From Scenedesmus sp. PABB004 (taxonomy: Eukaryota), in assembly GCA_014905635.1 (NCBI GenBank), contig JABVCE010000014.1, positions 682,001-746,000 on the forward strand: a DNA stretch of 64,000 nucleotides, written 5' to 3'. Shown here one piece after another: positions 52,313-64,000 of the stretch. Numbering within the stretch: position 1 is the first letter of the stretch; every line of letters begins with the position of its first letter. The notes under the pieces are model-generated. The model saw nothing but the letters and a program-made list of their open reading frames with translations, was not told where the DNA came from and did no database searches. The translations under genes and the position numbers were made by a program.

Positions 52313-55300
52313 CGGCGCGGCGCCCGGCGGCCGCGGCGGCGCGCCCGCGCAGCGCCAGGGCTCGCTGGTGGGCGGCGGCGGCAGCCCCTTCTCGGCCCAG
52401 GCGATGCACGGCTATGACGAGCACCGCCACCGGGCGGGCGGCGAGCAGCAGCAGCTGCACTACGCCGCCAGCCTGCAGCGCGGCAGCAGCAGCGGCAGCA
52501 GCACGAGCCACGTGCCGCCGCCGCCGCCGCCGCTGGCGCGCCCGCACAGCGTGTCGGTGGCGGCGACCGCGCGCGCGCTGCACGCGCCGCACCACGGCGC
52601 GGCGGCGTCGGGCGGCGGTTCGCCGGTCGCGCGCTCGCAGAGCGCTCGCAGCCACGCGGCGCCCAGCTTGGCGGCGCCCGGCGACGGCGCGACGCGGGCG
52701 CTGCTCACGCAGCATGCGAGCCTCGCGCGTCGGCAGGGCAACAGCAGCCCGTTCCCGCGGCGCCGCGGCGGCGGCAGCTTCACGGGCACGTCGCCGGGCG
52801 GCACGCCGACCGCGGGCGCGGGCCCCGGCGCGGCGGGCTTTGGCAGCGCCGCCGCGCCGCCGGGGCACGGCGGGCAGGTGCCGCCGGTTGCGCCGTTCCC
52901 CTCCGCTGACAGCGGCACGCTGGAGAAGCTGCAGCAGGACAGGTGCGGCGGCGCGCGCGGCGCGGCGGCACGCGGCGCGGCGCGCGCGAGCGGTGCACCG
53001 GACGCGCAGGCGCGGCTCGACGTCGCCGCCGCCGCGCCCCGCCACCGCTGCACCGCGCCACCTCCCCGCAGGGCGCAGTGGCGCAGCGCGCTGAGCCACG
53101 TGCTGGAGGGCCAGGCGGCGATGTCGCACGAGGACGTGGCGGCCTCGCTCGCCGAGGCCGCGGCGCGGGGGGAGGACCTGCAGGCGCGCCGGGGGCGGCG
53201 GGGACCCGCGTCGCCTGGCCCCCAGTCCGCATTCTGGCCGGCTGACGCGCACCCGCACCCCGCGCCGCGCCGCGCCTGCCGCTGCCAGGCCGAGATGTGT
53301 GCGCTGCTGCGCGTCGCGCGCGAGGCCATGGACTGGCGCGCCCGCGAGCAGGTGCGCGGCGGCGGGCGGGCGGGCGGGCGAAGCGCTGGCTTGCACGCGG
53401 GCGGCGGCGGCGCGAGCGCGCTGCTGGTGGGAGCGCGGCGGCGGGGCCAGGCAAGGCAGCCGACGCGGCGCCGCGCCGCCGCTGCGGTGCGCCAGGTGCT
53501 GGGCTGGACGGAGGAGGGCTACCGCCGCGCCAAGGGCATCACCAAGCAGCTGCGCAGCCACCTCAGCCTCGTCGAGGTGCGGGCCGGCAGCCGTGCTAGG
53601 GCACCCGCGCGCGAATTGATGCGCGCGCGCGGGGCTCACCGCCGCCCGGCGGCAGCGGCTCGCGGCAGCGCTGACCGCCGCCGCGTTGCCGCCGCCGCCG
53701 CGCAGTCGAGCGGCAAGGCTGAGACCTTTGCGCGCATCATTGAGTCGGTCACGCCGGCGGTCACGGGCCTCGCGGTCGGCCTGGCGGACAACATCGCGGC
53801 CGCGCTCACGCCGAGCGGCGCGCTGCTGGCGCTGCACGCGGCGCGCGAGGGCGGCGGCGCGCCGCCGCCGCCGCTCGACCTCGCCGCGCTGCACGGCCTG
53901 CTGCCGCCCGCGGCCGGCGCGGTGCAGCGCGGGCTCGACGCCGCGGCCGCGGCGGCAAGCGGCGGCGGCGGCGGCGTCGGCGAGGCCGGCGCGCCGCCGC
54001 GCGCGCCGGCGCCGCTGCCGGGCGGCGAGGAGGAGGCGCGCAGCGGCTTCAAGACCGTGCGGCGGCTGCTGGAGGTTATGCGTGACATGCGGGAGCGCTG
54101 CCGGCTCAACGCGCAGCAGGTCCCGGCGGTCGCGGCCGCGTGCAACCGCGCGGCGGATGAGCTCGAGGCGGCGACGTCGCGGCTCGTGTCGGGCGCGGTG
54201 ACGGCGACTGCGTACCTGCAGGCGCGCCTGCTCACGCAGCACAACCTCACCGGCCGCAGCTTTGCGCACCAGGTGCGCCGCCGCGCGGCGACCGCGTTGT
54301 TGCTAGGGCGCGGGGCCGCGCCGCGCCGGCGCGCCCCCTGGCCCCGCCGCCGCCGCCGACGGCGACGGCGACGGCCGCCGCCCCGCTCCCGCCGCGGCGG
54401 CCAGGTCAACAACGACTCGCGGCTCGTGGGCACGCTGTGGCGGTACGTGCACGAGGTCTGCGCGCGCGTGGCGAAGCACTTTGACGCGCTAAGGCCGACC
54501 GTGCTGCTGCTGCAGCTGGAGCTGCTCACCGCGGCGGCGGGCGCCGCGGTCGACATGCAGCGCGGCGCCGCGGCCGCCGCGGCGGCGGCCGCCGAAGCCG
54601 CGGCGGCCGCGGCCGCGTCGCCAAGCCTCGCCGAGGGCGGGCGCGGCGGGGGCGCGCGGCGCAGGCGGCCGCGGCCGCCGCGGCCGCGGCCGCGGCCGCG
54701 CTGCAGCGCGCCGGCAGCGCCGGCAGCGCGGGCAGCAGCAGCAGCAGCGTGGGCCCCGCGGCGCTGCGTAGCTACAGCAGCTACGCCAGCGGCAGCAGCG
54801 GCGGCGCGTTTGGGCGCTCCGCGCTCGGCGACATCAGCGACGAGTCGGCGAGCGACGGCGAGGAGGGCGGCTGCGCGATCGGCAGCAGCGTCTGGGGCGG
54901 CGGCGGCGCGGGCCGCGGCGCGCCGGCGCGCGCCGGGCCCGGGCGGCGCGCGAGCTTCAGCCTCAGCGCCGGCTTTGCGAGCGACGAGGCGGTGCAGAGC
55001 CAGGCGTGGCTGCCGCAGCTGCTGCTCTCGCTGCTGCACTGGTCGTCCGTCACCGCGCGCCAGGTGCGCGTCGCCGCCGCCGCCGCCGCCGCCGCCGCTG
55101 CGCCCGCGGCGCCCGCCCGCCGCAGCGGCCGCAGCTTGCGGTGCGCCGCCGCCCGACGCGCCGCCGCCGCCCGCGCTGCCGCGGCGCAGGTGTGCGAGGA
55201 GCTGGTCGCTGCGGAGGCGTACTCCGACGCCGGCCTGCCGCCCGGCCTGGCCAGCGAGGTCGAGGAGGCGCTCGGGGAGGCGCTGGAGGACCTGCAGGTG

Positions 55301-56625
55301 GGGTGACTGGCCGCACCGCCACCGCGTGGCGGCGCGCAGCCGCGGGCGGCGGCGGGGGCGCTGGACGGGGCGGCGGCGACCGCCGGAGGAGCGCGCGCGC
55401 CGCGGCGCGCCCGCCGAGGCGGCGCGGGCAGCCGCCGTCCGATCCTCAGCACGCGCCGGCCTCGCGCTCACGCGCCCTGCCACCCCCGCAGGAGGCGTTC
55501 TTCTTCCTCGCCCTCACCAACACGCGCCGCGTCGCGCGCCTCGCGGCCGCGCCCGAGGGCCTCGCGTGCTGGGCGCTGGAGATCGTGAAGGACGCGGCCG
55601 AGGGCGCGCTCAAGTTTGTGCAGGTGCGCGCCCGCGCCGCCGCGGGCGGGGCGGGGCGGGGCGGGGCGCACCGCGCCCGTGCGCGCGCGCTGCGCCGCGC
55701 CCGCGCCGCCGCCGACGCCGCCGGCGGCGCGCGCCGCCGCCGCCCTTGCAGGATTACGACACCTCCGCGCTGGGGCTGGGCCAGGTGCTCGAGGGCAGCG
55801 TGAGCGAGGAGGCGGGCGTGCGGCTGTTCCGCAGCCTCAAGCGTGCCACCGACGCCGTCATCAACGGGCTCCTGCGCGTGAAGCGTCTGCTCAAGATGCG
55901 GCGCAGCGACGGCGAGGCCGCCGGCGGCGGCGCGAGCGCGCCGCGCCTCGGCGCGCCGCCGCAGCAGCAGCTCGGCGGCGGGCTGCCGCCGCCGGTGCCG
56001 CAGCAGGCGGCGCAGGCGGCGCAGCAGGCGGCGCAGGCGGCGCAGGCGGCGCAGGCGGCGCAGCAGGCGGCCCTGCCGCTGCCGCGCGTCATGTCGCTCA
56101 ATGAAGAGGCCTGGCTTTCGCAGGGCCCGGCGCAGCTGGCGCAGCTCGCGCAGCTCGCGCACCCGCCTGGCAGCGCGTCGGCGCCGGGCCGGCCCGGCGG
56201 CGGAGCGCCTGCCGCGGCGGCCGCGGCGGCGGCGACCGCGGGCGCCGGTGCCGGCGGCGGCTGCCGGGTGAGCATCGACGTCCCCGGCATGCCCCTGGCG
56301 GTGCCGAGCAGCAGCGGCATGCTGCAGGGCCTCGGCTTCAGCCCGCCCGGCGGCCTCTCGGCGGCGGCGCAGCACGCGCACGCGCGGCCCGTGGCCGCGG
56401 CGCACCTGCCGCCCCTGCTGGGGGCGGGCTCGCCGGTGGGCTCGCCGGCGCGCGAGGGCGAGGGCTCGCCTGAGATGGCGATCCTGGGCAGCACGCCGAC
56501 GGGCGGCGCGGCGCGCCTCCAGCAGCACGCCGTCGCGAGCCTGCCGCACCTCGGCGAGGCGCCGGCGCGCGGGCGCGGCGCGGAGCAGCAGCCCTGGGGC
56601 GCGGGCAGGTTCCTGGCGCGCCCGG

Positions 56626-56684
<59 letters not shown>

Positions 56685-59600
56685 AGCAGCAGCGGCGGCG
56701 GCGGCCGCGCGGCGCCGAACGGCGCCGCGCCGCCGGCCCCGGCGCCGGCAGAGGCAGAGCCCGCCGCGGCCGCGGCGGCGCTGTCGCCGTTTGGCGCCGC
56801 GGCCGCGAGCGCTGTGCCGTTCAGCCCCGCGCCCGGCGCGGCGCGGCCGCAGCCGCCCGCGCCGTGGGCGGGCTTCGGCACGCCCGTGGAGCAGTCGGGC
56901 GACAGCTTTGACGGCTTCAGCGCGGGCAGCGGCAGCAGCGCCGGCGGCGGCCGCGGCGGCAGCGGCACCGCGCGGGCCAAGGCGCCATCCGACGCGCGAG
57001 GCCTGCGCAGCCCCGAGCTGAGCTTCAAGGGTCTGCAGGAGTCGCGGAGCTTCCGGGACGTCCTCGCCGCGGCCGGTGTCGCCGCGTCGTCGCCCGACGC
57101 GGCCGCCGCCGCTGCGGCCGCGGGCGGCGCCGGCGGCGGCTCCGGCCCGCCCACGCCGCCGCGCGTGGTGTCGCCGTTCTCGTCCGCGCCGGGGCAGCAG
57201 GCAGAGGAGCACGCGGGCGCAGCCGAGGCGGCAGCGGAGGCGCTCACGGCGCTCAGCCAGCAGCAGGAGCAACCGGGCGGCGTGGGCGGCGGCAGCGCGG
57301 GCTCGTCGGCGCCGCCGGCGCCGCAGACGCCGGGCAGCAGCCTGGCGGGCGTGCCCACGCACGGCCAGCAGCAGGAGCAGCAGCAGCAGCAGGAGCCCCC
57401 GCTGCAGCTCACGTGCAGCGAGCTCGCGGACGAGGTGCTGCCGGCGGGCTGCGGCGGCACCGACCCCGGCGACGTCGCGCTCGCGGCCAGCGTGCTCGCC
57501 GGCGGCGGGCGCGGCCTCGCGGCGGTGCAGAGCGCGCTCGCCGAGCTGTGCGGCAGCGGCGAGGTCGACGTCGCGGCGGCCGCCGACGCGCTTGCCGACG
57601 CGAGCGCGAGCGCGCGGCGCGGCAGCGACGACGGCGGGCAGGTGCAGGTCGTGCTGCCCGCGGCGGTGGCCATACTGCGCATGATCCAGGTGCGGCCGCC
57701 GCGTGCGCGCGCACGCCGAGGGTGCTGCTGCGCTGACAGCGGGGCACCCCGCGTCCGCCACTCGCGCGGCGCCGCTCACACAGCCCCGCCCCGCCCCGTC
57801 GCCCGCTCTTGCCCTGGCGGGGGCTCGCCCCGCCCACAACCCCGCCAGGTCTCGGACGATGAGTTCTGGAAGATTCGCTGGGCCGAGCTCGAGCCGGGGC
57901 TGCTGCGCAAGCTCGGCAACGGCAGCTACGGCCAGGCGCGCCGCGCTCCGCGCGCGCGCCGCTCCCCTCCCCCCTTTTGCGCTCTGGCGGCGCCGCTTTG
58001 GGGCTGCTAGCTGCGAGCTTGCGAGCCCCGGGCCCTCCTAAACCGCCTGCTGGACCCTCTGGTGTGCCCGCAGGTCTTCCAGGGTGTGTACCTCAACGCC
58101 CAGGTAGCGATCAAGGTGCTGAACATCGACTACGATGACCCAGCGGGTGCGCCCACGCGGCGCCCACGCGGCGCTGCGCTGCTTCAATGCCCTCCCCATC
58201 CTCGGACCCTGAAGAGGGCTGTGATGGGGGACCGCCAGGGCCGGCGCGGCGCCACGCCTCTTGCTGGCACACGCGCGCGGCGAGCTGCTGACCGCCGCCG
58301 CCGACCGGCTGCCGCCGCCGCCGCCGCCGCCGCTCGCAGGGCTGAGCGCCGAGACGCTGCTGCGGTTCAAGGCGGAGGTCGACTTCCAGCGCAAGCTCTC
58401 CTGTGAGCGCACGCGCGCGGGGCGCGCGCGCGGCGGAGCTGGCTCGCCCACTCTGGCGTGCCGTGCACGGCCCCCGTGACCCTGGCCCGCGCACCGTGCA
58501 CCACGCCGCGCCGCGCGTCGCCGCAGACCACCCCAACGTCGTTCGCTTCATTGGCGCCTGCTGCGAGCTGCCCGCGGGCCTCACCGACGCGCTCGCCGCC
58601 GCGGCCGCGGCGTCGCCGCGCGTCGCCGCGCCCCGCGGCGGCCTGCTCGGCGGCGCCGGCGGGGGCTCGGGCGCGCTGCGCTACGTGGTGCCGCCGGGGC
58701 TGGCGCGCGGCGTGAAGCTGGCGATCGTGATGGAGCTGTGCCACCTCGGCAGGTGCGGGGCGGCGCGCGCTCAGGCTGAATCCAACACAGGACCGCAGCG
58801 GGTCCCCTCGCCGCGCCAGCCCGGGCGCGACGAGGCGGGCGGGACGCTCACACCGCCCGCCCGCCCGCCCGCCCCCTGCTCGCCCGCCCCCTGCTCGCCC
58901 GCCCCCTGCTTGCCCGCCCGCCGCGCGCAGTCTGTTCAGCATGATCGGTCAGGTGCGGGGGTCACGCAGGGCTCGGGGCTTGCGGGCTCATGCAGGGCTT
59001 TGTGATGGCCGGGGGGCCGGCCAGCCGCGGGCCCTGAGCCGCCGCACCCGCCCGCCCGCCGCGCCCGCAGGCGCGCCGCGTGCGCGCCGCGCTCGCCGAC
59101 GGCACGCCGCCGTCCGAGGCGCGGCGGCTGTGGCCGTACGGGCACCAGATGCTGAGCGACTGGCTCACGCGCGTCGAGGTCGCGCGCGGCGCGGCGGCGG
59201 GGCTCGAGTACATGCACTCACACGGCGAGCGCCGCGCGCCGCGCCGCCTGTCGCGCGGCGCCGCGTGCAGGCCTGCCGCCGGCGCGCGGGCCGCGCCGCG
59301 GCGGGCTGAGCGAGCGCCGTCCCACCGCGCCGCGTGCCCGTCTCACCGCGCCGTCCGCGCGCCGCCGTCCCACTCACTGCCTCCCCCAGGCGTCATCCAC
59401 CGCGACCTCACCTCCTACAACCTGCTGCTGGACTTTGGCAAGCCCTGGCAGGCGCGCCGCGCCGCGCCGCCGCGAGGCGCCCTAGGGCGGGCCGGCGCCG
59501 GCCCGCGCCCACACGCGCGCGCGCTGCCGCGAGCGAGCGACTCGCGAAAACTCACGCTCACACGCCGCGCCGCGCCGCGCCCCCTGCCTCGCCGTGCGCG

Positions 59601-60378
59601 TCACGCGCAGGTCAAGGTGTGTGACTTCAACCTCTCCCGCCTCGTCGCGCAGCAGCAGCTGCTCACCAACAGCGGCAACCCCAACTCCCCGGGCTGGCAG
59701 AGCCCCGAAATGCTCGCGGTGCGCGGCCGGGGGCGCGCCTGGCCTCCAGCGCGGCGCCGCGCCCGGCCTCGCCCGCGCGGCGCCGCGCCGCCGCCGCGCC
59801 GCCGCCGCCGACCGCGTGCCGCCGCGTCCGCCGGCCGCGCGTCGCGTCGCGTCCGCCGCCGCTCCGCAGGGCCAGCCGTACGGCAAGGCCTCGGACGTGT
59901 TCAGCTTCGGCGTCGTGCTCTGGGAGATCCTCACGCTGCGCGAGCCCTGGCGGTGCGCGCCGCGCCGCGCCACGCCGCCTTGCCTGCGCGCGCCGCGCCG
60001 CGCCGCGCGCCCGCTCCGCGCCGCGCGCCTCGCACCTGATCTGCGCCCTGCCGTGCCGGCCCCGCGCGGCGCAGGGAGGAGACGGAGGGCCCCATCTCGG
60101 CGCTCTACTACATAATGAACTGCGTGACAGCTGGCACCCGCCTGGCCCTGCCGGAGCCGGCGGAGCTCGCGGCCGCGGGCCTCGCGGCGCCGCACGTGGA
60201 CGCGCTGCTCGGCCTCGCGCGCGGCTGCTGGGCGCAGGTCCCCGTCGAGCGGCCGACGATGCACGAGGTCGCGGCGCGCCTCGGCGGCGTCGCGGCGGCG
60301 CTGCGCGGCGAGCGCCGCGCGGCGGCGGCCGCCGCCGCGGCGGCGAGCGCGGCGGCGGCCGGCGGCGGCAGGGCGTGA
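50700..60378 (+). CDS. Very large TKL (Raf/MAP3K-like) protein kinase with an uncharacterised N-terminal region and C-terminal kinase domain
   Basis: LGNGSYGQVF, VAIK, FKAEV, HPNVVRFIGAC, LAIVMELC, HRDLTSYNLL, VCDFNLS, WQSPEML, SDVFSFGVVLWE, RPTMHEV. The N-terminal exon structure is less certain, with a frame change near 54650. Confidence 0.82.
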
Positions 60379-61147
60379 GGCTGGCGCCGCGCCGTGCTGG
60401 GGCGAGGTGTGAGCGCGAGCTGTGCAGAGCAGAGCAGGGGGGTTGGCGGGGGTCGCTGCTCGGCGCGACACCGCACAGGTAGCTGGGGCGGGCGGTGCGT
60501 GGCGCGGGCGGCGGACTGTGATTGCTGGCCGGTTCACACCTGGGGGGAACACGGGGGCGGGGCTCGTCGCATCCGTCGGCACGCGCGTGGGGCAGGGGCT
60601 TCGATCCTTTTGCGTGGTGGTGACCGCGCGCCAGCTGACGCAGCTGCCCAGGCGTGGCGCGGGAGGCGCGCGCCGCCGCTCTGGTCGCCACTGCCGCGGC
60701 GTGGCCTGCGAGCCGCCGGGGGTGGTGGGGCCCTGTGCAATCTCTGCGGGCACGCGGCGCTGCGGGCACGCGTAGCTCGGCGCGGCCACGGTTCTGCACG
60801 CTGTGCCCTGGGCTTGGCGCGTGCAGCCCCTCCCGCGCCGCCACAGCACCCCGCACAGGCCGGTCACCGCAGCGGCCCTGCGCCGCAGGCAGCCGCCCCA
60901 CACACGACGCTCGCCTGCCCCCCGCGCCCGCACGCGGCCCGGACCGCGCGGCGCCCGCGCCCCCGGCGACCTGAGCCACTGCAGCGCCGCGTGCTCCGGA
61001 GCTCTCGCGCCCTCTCCCGGTGCCGCCCCGCAGCCCCGCCCGGCCCGCCCGGCCGCGAGGAGGCGGCGCCGCCGCCGCCGCTCGCGCCCGCGCCGCACCG
61101 CCCGCCGCGGCCGCGCCTGGCCCCGGCCCGCCTGCAGCGCCGCGCCC

Positions 61148-63209
61148 ATGGAGCCCGGCGATGCGGTGAGCACGTATCATGGGCGGGCGCCAGCGTCCGG
61201 CGGCCGGCAGCGCCGCGGGGGCCGTGCGCGCGCCGCTGCTGCTGCGTGCGCCCCTGCGCCCGCGGCCGCCCCCGCGCGGGCCAGCGCCGCGCCCCCCGCC
61301 GCATGTGCGCCTGACCCTCCCTGCTCCGCCTCGGTCACGAGCCGCAGGGCGCGTCGCCCTTTGCGCGGCTGCCGGCGGAGGTGCTGCCGCGCGTGCTGGC
61401 GGAGCTGGGCGTGCGCGAGCGCCTGGGCGCCGCCGCGCTCGTGTGCCGTGCCTGGGCGGACGCGGCGGCCGCGGCCAGCAGAGACGTGTGCATTGAGCTC
61501 AGCGAGGACGAAGATGCAGCCCAGCAGTGCGCCGCCGCGCTCAGTTGCTGGCTGGCGGGGCGCGGGCGCGGCGTGACGGGCATGGAGGCTCGCGGCCCCG
61601 AAGACGATGACGTGCCGCTGGAGCTGCCGCTGCCGCTGGCCCAGCTGCGCAGTCTGAAGTGCCATGGCATGGACGTGGCGCTGCACGGCGACGGCGGCGG
61701 CGGCGGCGCCATGCTGCCGGCGCTGACCGGCCTGCACATGGACTACTGCACCTCCCCCCCCCCCGGCTTGCTGTGCCCCGGCCTGCACGAGCTGCACCTG
61801 CACTGTTGCGATGGGGCATCGGCCGGCGAGGTGCTGGCGGCGCTGCCGCGCATGCCGGCCCTCAGAGATGTTTTGATCGTCGGCCACCCACTGGCCAGCG
61901 CCGTGCTCTCGGTCGCGGCCGCGCTGACGGGGCTGCAGCACCTGCTGCTGTATGCACGCGACGCACCAGGGCCGACGCACGTCCCGCCGCTGCCGCCCGC
62001 GCTCATGGGCCTGGCTTTGAATGGCCTGCAAGGCGGCGCGGCGGGCCCCGCCGCCCTTGCGCACCTCACGGGGCTGGAGGGCTTGACCCTGCGTGACGTC
62101 ACGCTGGTCGACCCGGCCGCGGCGTTCACGCCGCTCACACGCCTCACGAAGCTGATGCTGCAGCTGTGGGAGGGTGGCGACAGCGCCACCACGTCAGCGC
62201 TGCTGCGCGTGCTGCCGCGCCTGGCCCGGCTGCAGGACCTGGTCCTGGCCTTTGGGGACCACCGGGTCCTGGCCGGCTGCGCCGAGTCTGCCAGCAGCAT
62301 CGCGTCGCTCACACAGCTGTCGCGCCTGGCGCTCCGTGGCAGCGATCTGGCGCCCGACGCGGCGGCGCGCCTGTTTGCGCGCGCGCTGCCGTCGCTGCGT
62401 GAGCTGACCATCCAATGCACTGACGAGCCTCCAGGAGTTGTGCTTTCGCAGGCCGAGCTGGGCGCCCTGGTCGGCGCCTGCCCCGGCCTGCACGAGCTGC
62501 AGCTTCTGTCAGCTGTCGAGCCGGGCGCGTCCTGCATGCGCCTCGGCCTGCTGAGCGAGCTGAAGTCGCTGCACCCGAGGGGCGACTGCGTGGGCGACGA
62601 CGACGCGGCGCGCCTGGCGCGCGCTCTGACCGCGCTGCGGGGCCTCAGCATTTGGAGTGCACCCCGGCTGGGCACGGCCGGCGTGGTCCGCCTGGTGGAC
62701 GCGACGCAGCTCACCTCTCTGGTCCTTAAGGATTGCGGCGCCAACTATGCCGGCGACGACGACGATGACGACAGCGGCGACGACGCCGGCGTCCTGCATC
62801 ACTACATCAAGCTGCTGCGCACACTGCACTTCATCAAGCTGGTGCGCACAGTGGGCACGGGGCGAGCGGGCTGTCCACTGCTGTCGCTGCCTGCGCTTGC
62901 CCGCACGCGCGCCGGCCGTCCCCGCGCCGCCGCAGGAGGACCCGCTCACGGTGTCGCACCAGCTGGAGGAGCTGTGCTGCACCAACGAGGTGCTGTGCAG
63001 GGCGCTGCTGGAGCGCAGGAGCGAGCGGCTGGCGGCGGCGCGCGGTGAGCGCGGGCCGGCGCAGGCGCTGGGCGGCGGGCCTCACGCGGGCGTGCAGGAT
63101 CGGGCGTGCGACGTGCTGCCCCCCGCCTCGCCGCGCAGGCGCGCTGGCAGCCAAGGACAAGAAGCTGGCCGCCAAGGAGCTGCAGCAGCCGGGTGGGGGC
63201 CACGGCTGA
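61148..63209 (+). CDS. F-box/LRR protein paralog 3
   Basis: MEPGDA micro-exon, F-box, LRRs and a short LAAKD tail. It ends in the same GGC TGA GCG context as the other two paralogs. Confidence 0.85.
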
Positions 63210-63470
63210 GCGTGGCGGCGGCCGTGCGCAAGCAGCAGGCGCGGGGCGGCGCCGGCGGCGGCGCGGTGGGCGAGGTTGTGCGGGCGTGTCGGCAACTGCG
63301 ACACTTGCTGCCCAGCTGCACACGTCACCGCTCGCTCGTCGCCCGCGGCCAGCCGGCAGCCACGCGCGCACCGCTCGCCGCCTGCACCCTGCAAGGCCCC
63401 GCCCGCACCCTGCAGGGCCCCGCCCGCGACCGCGCCGCGCGCCGCCTGGCGGGTCGCCCCCGCGAGCAGC

Positions 63471-64000
63471 TCAGTAGTACGACCGCCGCGGGTTGCCCAG
63501 CGGGTTGGGCCGGAACCTGCGGCCGCCGCCGGTGCGGCGTCAGCGGCGGGCCGCGGCGCGCCCGGCGCGGCGGGGCGGGCGCGCTTCGGGCTCCTGTGCC
63601 CCGCGGCGGTGTGCCGGGGTTCTGCCGCGCGGCGCGTCTCACTTGTATCCGAGCATCATCCGCTTCCGGAACTGCTCGTACGGGTCGTCCCCCGCCGCCA
63701 CGGCGCCGTGCGCCGCCGCGCCGAGGCCGCGCGTGTCGGCGCCGCCGACGCCGGCCGCTGCTGCGGCCGCAGCGGCGCCGGCCGCTGCGACGGGCGCGGT
63801 GCGGCCGTCCTCCTTGGCGCCCACGCCGCTGCCCTCCCTCCAGCCCATCTTCTGCAGCAGCCTGCGCGGCGCGGAGAGACGAGGCGCGGGGCGTGAGCGC
63901 AGCCGCGTGGAGGCATGCGGCGCGGGGCGCGGCGGCGTGCCGGCGCGGGGCGCGAGCGCGGCGGCGCAGCGGCCTGCAGCGTGGGGCGCGGCGCGCCCGG
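63471..64000 (-). CDS. SUGP1: SURP and G-patch domain protein 1 (splicing factor 4), 3' end; runs off the right edge
   Basis: G-patch LLQKMGWREGSGVG and the diagnostic C-terminus DDPYEQFRKRMMLGYK|FRPNPLGNPRRSYY*. Confidence 0.9.

Noticed and set aside
49803..58010. Huge ORFs (1488 aa minus, 2436 aa plus) and most other long Arg/Ala/Pro-rich ORFs in the track
   Set aside because: Stops are rare at this GC content. These ORFs are antisense shadows or read through introns.

Overview
This is eukaryotic, extremely GC-rich (visually ~75-80%), gene-dense DNA with many short introns. Gene content, a plastid transit peptide and GTGCG/GCGCG splice donors suggest a green alga (inferred Chlorophyceae, possibly Selenastraceae). 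Most long ORFs in the track are read-through artefacts, so I rebuilt gene models by hand from splice sites. About 18 genes: NOL6/UTP22 (5' part), an intronless low-complexity ORF, PFK-2/FBPase-2, a bacterial-type DEDDh exonuclease, three paralogous F-box/LRR/coiled-coil genes, two paralogous non-RD receptor-like kinases, a DnaJ C-terminal-domain protein without a J-domain, an MFS transporter, a PLGG1/LrgAB-like transporter with a giant repeat-containing helical N-terminus, a rhodanese, a peroxisomal IBR3/ACAD10-11, an unknown ~170-aa protein, RraA/HMG aldolase, a very large TKL kinase, and SUGP1 (3' part). The most notable observations are: the helical-repeat/PLGG1 fusion with 432-bp exon+intron repeats; every F-box/LRR copy lying next to a kinase; an apparent gene-conversion tract and an intron gain/loss between the two receptor kinases; and frequent GC-AG introns. 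I found no rRNA, tRNA, CRISPR array or transposase. All family calls come from motif recognition, not database searches.
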